NCBI GenBank assembly: GCA_963664305.2
Contig: CAXXLV010000002.1
Location: 960,001 to 1,024,000 of the forward strand
Length of the DNA: 64,000 bases
Direction of reading: 5' to 3'
DNA from: an uncultured Aliarcobacter sp.
GTDB taxonomy: Bacteria; Campylobacterota; Campylobacteria; Campylobacterales; Arcobacteraceae
In this document: piece by piece, positions 58,960 through 64,000 of the stretch
Numbering within the stretch: the stretch's first letter is position 1
Layout of the letters: each line of letters opens with the position of its first letter
Notes under the pieces: generated by a model
The model's database searches: none
What the model saw: the letters and a program-made list of their open reading frames with translations, nothing else
What the model was told of the DNA's origin: nothing
Program-made: the position numbers and the translations under genes

Positions 58960-61196
58960 TAGTTTTCCTTTTCAGAACTAGTAATTAATGAATATTTTGC
59001 TAAGTTACTTAAATTATCTTCTTTCCAATTATTCTGTATTGTTTTAGAAATAGCATTGGCAATACTTTCAGCCGCTAAGGGAGGAAATGCATTACCAACT
59101 TGAATACATTGTTGTCCTTGAGGTCCAAAGAATCTAATACTATCAGGAAATGACTGAATCCTTGCTGCTTCTCTTATTGTTAATTGTCTATGTAACCACG
59201 GATGTATTGGAAATGCGCTATGTCCTGGTACAATTGTTGGACTTGGAGAATTTCTATCTAACCTAAAAAAAACTTTACTAAAACTCTTTATTTCTTTGCC
59301 TGTTTTACTATATTTTAAATGCTCTGGCAAGACTGTAGGATTAATTTTCTTACCTTCTTCAATGTATGAAAATCTTTCCTTTACATCCTCAGAATGATTC
59401 ATTGGCATATGACTTTTTAAATCACAATATGTACTATCACATGATAGGTCACTAATTACTTCATTAATTGTCCGATATGGTTTTTGCCAATCTTTTGGCT
59501 CTTTATAGTACTTAGGTTTTGGCCATGGAATAATATTTCCAGTTCTATTTGCTATTAATATAAACCTTTTTCTAGTTTGTGCTACTCCATAATCTGCTGT
59601 ATTAATTATCTTAAAATCATGGTTTTTATATCCTAATTCTTCAATTTCATTAATTAAATATTTCAAGAAAAAACCATCATCCAAATTTGTAAATCCAGCA
59701 ACATTTTCCATTACAATCCACTTTGGATTAAGTTCTTTAATATAATCTACAAAAGTATAAACAAGTTTATTTCTAGGGTCTAAATGGGGGTCATAATCTT
59801 TATCTGTATTTTTAAACCTTCTTTTACCAAACATCGAAAAACCTTGACAAGGAGGACCACCAACAAGTACATCTATAGTTTCATTTTTTTTCAATTGTTT
59901 TTTAACAATAGAAATTAATTCTTCTTTATTTTTAGATAAAGATAAATCTCCTTTTATAAAAGGTATTTCAGGAAAATTATATTGATGAGTTTTTGCTGCA
60001 AAATCATTTATATCAGAACTTACAAGAGGTTTTATCCCTGCATTTTTAAATCCAAGAGTAATACCTCCTGCTCCACAAAATAAATCTACACAAGTTAATT
60101 CTTTTTTTGTGTTTTTTGATTTTAAATTATTTCCAAAAGGATTATTTGTTAATAAAGTATTCTTTTTTATTAATAAATGTTTTTCCTTGTAATCAGTATT
60201 CTCTTTCTCTAAATGACTAAATATCGATTGTGCTAATCTTGCACCTAATAATGGAGGTACGGCATTGCCAACCATAATACATTGTCTTCTTCTATCTCCT
60301 GTAAAAATAAATGAATCTGGAAATGACTGAATCCTTGCTGCTTCTCTTGGTGTTAAACTTCTATTTTCTGTAGGATGAATAGGAAAAGCATTATTTCCAG
60401 GAACCATAGTGGGAGAAAAATCTTCTCTATGCAATCTATTGTATGTATTTCCAAAATTTTTTCTTCTAATATCTTCTGGCAATTCTTCTGGAGGAGGTAA
60501 TTTACCTCCTTCTGGTATTAATTTATATCTTCTTATCACTATTTCACTATGACTTAAAATTAAATGGTTTGGAAAACCATCTTTTTCTAATAAATCCATA
60601 ATTGCTTCACCTACATTTTTTTTAGGTATTAAAGCCCCAACACTTACCTCTTTCTTTTCTGGATAAAAATATGGATTATCCAATTTAGTTCCAACAATAA
60701 TAACCCTCTCTCTTTTTTGAGGGATTCCATAATCTGAAGCATTCAAAATATTAAAATAAATGTTATATCCAATAGAAGCAAATGAATTTGCAATATCAAC
60801 AAGATATTTACCTCCAAACATTGATTTAATACCTTTAACATTTTCAAAAACAAAACATTTTGGTTCTAAATCTTTTACTAATCTAACATATGCTTCAAAT
60901 AATAAATTTCTAGGGTCGCTAGAATTTTTATCACCCATAACTGAGAAACCTTGACAAGGAGGTCCACCTATTATTACATCCGGTTTTATATTATTTGTTT
61001 GTTCAAGTATTTCTTTTGCTGTAATTGTTCTTATATCTTTATTTATGAATGGAATGTTAGGATAATTGTAGTTATATGTTCTTTTACATTCTGCTTCAAT
61101 ATCTGATGCACAAATTATATTAAATCTACCATCTTCTTTAAATCCTATATCCAAACCCCCAGCTCCGGTAAATAATGAAACCACATTATATTTCAA
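58959..61196 (-). CDS. Fused double DNA (cytosine-5)-methyltransferase
   Basis: Two full motif sets (FTGAGG/FCGAGG, GGPPCQGFS, ENV, QxRxR, REAARIQSFPD, VGNA). Confidence 0.95.
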   Translation of the reverse strand: MKYNVVSLFTGAGGLDIGFKEDGRFNIICASDIEAECKRTYNYNYPNIPFINKDIRTITAKEILEQTNNIKPDVIIGGPPCQGFSVMGDKNSSDPRNLLFEAYVRLVKDLEPKCFVFENVKGIKSMFGGKYLVDIANSFASIGYNIYFNILNASDYGIPQKRERVIIVGTKLDNPYFYPEKKEVSVGALIPKKNVGEAIMDLLEKDGFPNHLILSHSEIVIRRYKLIPEGGKLPPPEELPEDIRRKNFGNTYNRLHREDFSPTMVPGNNAFPIHPTENRSLTPREAARIQSFPDSFIFTGDRRRQCIMVGNAVPPLLGARLAQSIFSHLEKENTDYKEKHLLIKKNTLLTNNPFGNNLKSKNTKKELTCVDLFCGAGGITLGFKNAGIKPLVSSDINDFAAKTHQYNFPEIPFIKGDLSLSKNKEELISIVKKQLKKNETIDVLVGGPPCQGFSMFGKRRFKNTDKDYDPHLDPRNKLVYTFVDYIKELNPKWIVMENVAGFTNLDDGFFLKYLINEIEELGYKNHDFKIINTADYGVAQTRKRFILIANRTGNIIPWPKPKYYKEPKDWQKPYRTINEVISDLSCDSTYCDLKSHMPMNHSEDVKERFSYIEEGKKINPTVLPEHLKYSKTGKEIKSFSKVFFRLDRNSPSPTIVPGHSAFPIHPWLHRQLTIREAARIQSFPDSIRFFGPQGQQCIQVGNAFPPLAAESIANAISKTIQNNWKEDNLSNLAKYSLITSSEKEN

Positions 61197-61310
61197 TCTG
61201 ATACACCTTTCTACTTATATTAACTCTGATAAATTAAAGATTGTATCGAAAATCTACTATTTTCCTCTTTAAATTCTTAAATGCTCGTTTAGTTATCATA
61301 GTAGCCAAAA

Positions 61311-61775
61311 TTAATTGGCTATTTTTTCTTTTTCTTTAGTTCTTACAGTTTCACAACCATATTTTGATTTAATATCATCAAGTGATTTTTCTTTAGGGTT
61401 TCGCCCTTTCATTTCTCCATAGTACCACATCTTTTTTTTAGATGCCCACTTAAAATTTAATTCCTTAAGATTATCTTTAATTGACTTTGTATCACCACTT
61501 AACCATATCCAAGAACCAACGACTTCAATAACAATATTTTCAAAATGTAAAATCTGAGAAATGATTTTTTCTATTTCTAAATCAAATTTAAATTCATTTG
61601 AAAAGTTGATTTTATTTTCAATTATGTTTGTATAAATACTATTTAACATTTTAAAAAGTTCATCAGAACCACCAACATCTGGATGTAATTTCTTTGCTAG
61701 TTGCTTATATATCTTTTTAGCTTCATTAATCCCTTCTATTCCTTTAAATTGCTCTTCTATTTGTGAATGTGTCAT
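61311..61775 (-). CDS. Minimal J-domain (DnaJ-like) protein of mobile-element type
   Basis: YKQLAKKLHPDVGG HPD motif plus GSWIW..FKWASKKKMWY domain. Confidence 0.8.
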   Translation of the reverse strand: MTHSQIEEQFKGIEGINEAKKIYKQLAKKLHPDVGGSDELFKMLNSIYTNIIENKINFSNEFKFDLEIEKIISQILHFENIVIEVVGSWIWLSGDTKSIKDNLKELNFKWASKKKMWYYGEMKGRNPKEKSLDDIKSKYGCETVRTKEKEKIAN

Positions 61776-61889
61776 TTTGTCTTTCCTTTAAAAAATTTAC
61801 CTTTTTTGAAGATTTTTGAGGGGATTGTCTTTATCTTCTTTTTAATTTTAGAAAATAAAAACACCTCTTCAATCTTTTTAAGGTTTTAC

Positions 61890-62038
61890 CTCTTTCGTTA
61901 GTTTCATCGGGTTTTTGTAGGAATGTAGTGATTGAATTTTTACTTAGAATAAAATATAAAGTAGGCATAGTTTTATTTTAGTATCAGTAAAGAATTTAAT
62001 AAAATGAAATGAGAAAAAAACTGAAATTAATGAGAGAG
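61890..62038 (+). promoter_or_regulatory. Candidate single-stranded-DNA (Frpo/ssi-like) promoter hairpin
   Basis: 149-nt hairpin with G:T wobbles only on the + strand; TTTAGT(61977-82)-17 nt-TAAAAT(62000-05) in the 3' arm. Confidence 0.55.
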
Positions 62039-62183
62039 TTTTAAAAAGTTTTTGAAGTTGTTTTGTTTTAGTTGTTTTAACAAAGATTAAAAAGTCATAT
62101 TAAAAAATAGGCTATTTTGATATTTTTAGAAAAAAAGCCTTCCATTTAAGGGGTCATTTTGGCACGAAATGAAGTATCTGTAT

Positions 62184-62226
62184 ATAAAACATCACAGAAA
62201 AACAAGTGTTTTCTATGGTGTTTTAT
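62184..62226 (-). terminator. Probable terminator hairpin
   Basis: ATAAAACATCACAGAAAA / TTTTCTATGGTGTTTTAT inverted repeat downstream of 62256..62849. Confidence 0.5.
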
Positions 62227-62255
62227 GCTTATATTAAGTTATTAGAAATTTTATT

Positions 62256-62849
62256 TTATATAGATTCTCTAAAAATATTGAACAAATGCTCCAAGTCTAA
62301 ATTATCCTCGTTATCTAAAAACTCTCTTACATGATGTTCATAGATTATAGATGATAATTCAGAATACAAATCATATTCATATTCACTTAATTCATCTATG
62401 AATTTTTTAAGTTCAATCGTTTGTCTTAAAGAACTCTGCATATTTGAGTTTATTTTTTTTCCTATCTTTTGAAGTTGATGCAACTCATCTTTTAAGTAAA
62501 ATTCATTACTACAATCATCTATACAAAAGTGTCCAAGATGAAAAAATGAATCGTTAATATAGTCTTTTAAAGTCATATTCTTAGAATAATTACCTGATTT
62601 AATTTCATCTTCTAATTCATTGCTATAATTAACAATATATTTAGGGAAGGAAAAGTATTCAACATTTTTATTTTGAGAATACTCATTTCTTTGCATACAC
62701 CATACTTCATTAGTTTCCAAATCAATAGCAACTTTATGCCCATATTGGAAACTAGAATAACCTCCATTTTCAATTATATTTGTTAACCACTCTGCAGTAA
62801 AATATTTTTTGAAGTTATCTGCAATAACTTCCATATTTAAATTTTCCAT
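62256..62849 (-). CDS. Hypothetical protein
   Basis: 197-aa ORF, AAGG RBS, 9 nt downstream of the MTase. Confidence 0.7.
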   Translation of the reverse strand: MENLNMEVIADNFKKYFTAEWLTNIIENGGYSSFQYGHKVAIDLETNEVWCMQRNEYSQNKNVEYFSFPKYIVNYSNELEDEIKSGNYSKNMTLKDYINDSFFHLGHFCIDDCSNEFYLKDELHQLQKIGKKINSNMQSSLRQTIELKKFIDELSEYEYDLYSELSSIIYEHHVREFLDNEDNLDLEHLFNIFRESI

Positions 62850-62858
62850 TTTAAACCT

Positions 62859-64000
62859 TTATTTAATTTTTTTTAATATTGCAACAAAAATTGCTTCTAA
62901 CTTTTGTACAACAATCGAATTTCCAGCCATCATTTGGATATTTGTTTTACTCATTCCAATCTCTTTTAATTTGTCATAAGTAGAACTTTCAAATCCCATT
63001 AGTAATAGCTGCTCCCTACATGATAAGAACCTATAAGGTGCCTTATCTCCATTAATATTTATATTTTCCTCCTTATTATTAAGATTTATTACTTTTCCAT
63101 TTTCATCACAAAACAGAATTCCGGCATTGGGCCATCTATCTTGCTTTGTAGTAATTGTTTGGCAATATTCCCTATCATTTAATTTTTTGGATTTTTCAAT
63201 CCATGTAATTCTGCTAGGGGTAAGGTTTGGCATTACCTCTTTATACTCATCAATTAATTCATCATTATCTAAATCTAAAAAGTCATGAATTGAAGGACAA
63301 GTTTCATTTTTCTCAACTTCAATTTCTTTTATTCCATCAAGTTGAGAAATACAGAAAAATCTTTCCCTTGATTGAGGAATAAAATCTTTTGCATTTAAAA
63401 CCATTGTTGAGTTTTTATAACCAAGACTTTCAAGAAACTCTGCAAATTCATTCCATCCATCAATATGTTTTTTTGATAGAATATTTTTTACATTTTCACA
63501 AAGTAAAAATTTTGGTAATCTTCCCAATAATTTCAACTCATTAAGTAATCTCTTTACTTCTAAAAGCAATCCTGAACTAGTACCTTCTTTTATCCCTTCC
63601 CCACTCCCAATACTTGAAAGATTTTGGCAAGGAAAAGAGTAAGTAAAGATGTCAATTTTTGGTAAATCTTTACCTTGAATATCAGCAATACTTCCAAAGT
63701 TTTTAGTTCTTTTTAATGCAATATAAATCTGTCTAACTTTTTCAAAAGATAGTTTTTTTATTTCTACTTTAGTGCATGGATTTTTGCTATCTTTTGATAA
63801 AGTAAATTTAAATAAATATTTCAACATCACTTTTTTAGTAAGTGATTTATATTTTGGAAAATCCTCTTGTGAACCAAAATTTAATTTGTCATAAGAGATA
63901 ATTGCATCAATAAACCATTCACTAATACCAATGTTTTTTAATTCAAATTTATTTGGATTAATTCCTATGGCTTTTAATAGTTCTTTATTATTTAATATAT
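62859..64000 (-). CDS. DNA (cytosine-5)-methyltransferase, M.SssI/M.MpeI-like architecture (5' end outside the window)
   Basis: Frame stays open to the window edge (..IGISEWFIDAIISY..TLSKDSKNP..); TYSFPCQ, ENV, QSRER, AGNSI. Confidence 0.9.
   Translation of the reverse strand, partial: ILNNKELLKAIGINPNKFELKNIGISEWFIDAIISYDKLNFGSQEDFPKYKSLTKKVMLKYLFKFTLSKDSKNPCTKVEIKKLSFEKVRQIYIALKRTKNFGSIADIQGKDLPKIDIFTYSFPCQNLSSIGSGEGIKEGTSSGLLLEVKRLLNELKLLGRLPKFLLCENVKNILSKKHIDGWNEFAEFLESLGYKNSTMVLNAKDFIPQSRERFFCISQLDGIKEIEVEKNETCPSIHDFLDLDNDELIDEYKEVMPNLTPSRITWIEKSKKLNDREYCQTITTKQDRWPNAGILFCDENGKVINLNNKEENININGDKAPYRFLSCREQLLLMGFESSTYDKLKEIGMSKTNIQMMAGNSIVVQKLEAIFVAILKKIK

Larger units (their letters stand above)
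50400..64000. mobile_element. Integrative mobilisable element / genomic island (right end beyond the window; left end approximate)
   Basis: Abrupt switch from housekeeping genes to integrase, relaxase, RM system, orphan MTase and J-domain genes. Confidence 0.85.

Noticed and set aside
62859..63830. MTase apparently lacking motif I (truncated or pseudogene)
   Set aside because: The frame is open to position 64000; the real start is outside the window.

Overview
This is an AT-rich chromosomal segment that looks like Campylobacterota, most likely Arcobacteraceae, judged from gene content and protein style rather than a database search. Positions 1 to ~50.3 kb are mostly housekeeping and conserved genes: uvrA, guaA, nadB, nhaD, sfsA, selO, two CNNM/CBS transporters, an L,D-transpeptidase, an M99 carboxypeptidase and a MoxR-like AAA+/vWA operon. 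Two small accessory insertions sit within it: an RxxxxH (HEPN-like) gene beside a gene remnant, and an orphan membrane gene behind guaA flanked by palindromes. From ~50.4 kb to the window end lies an integrative, probably mobilisable element. It carries a large tyrosine integrase, a Rep-like HTH protein, a MOBV-type relaxase followed by a multi-branched inverted-repeat structure (candidate oriT), two micro-proteins, a PD-(D/E)xK nuclease with a fused double m5C methyltransferase, a J-domain protein and an M.SssI-like orphan methyltransferase. The strongest non-annotated signals are: (i) a strand-specific G:T-wobble hairpin carrying -35/-10 boxes that resembles a single-stranded-DNA promoter in the element's putative leading region; (ii) similar short leader ORFs upstream of both CNNM paralogues; (iii) a 30-aa Gly/Pro/Asn peptide gene; and (iv) an aconitase homologue lacking catalytic residues. 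I saw no CRISPR array, rRNA or complete tRNA. All product calls come from motif recognition by eye.
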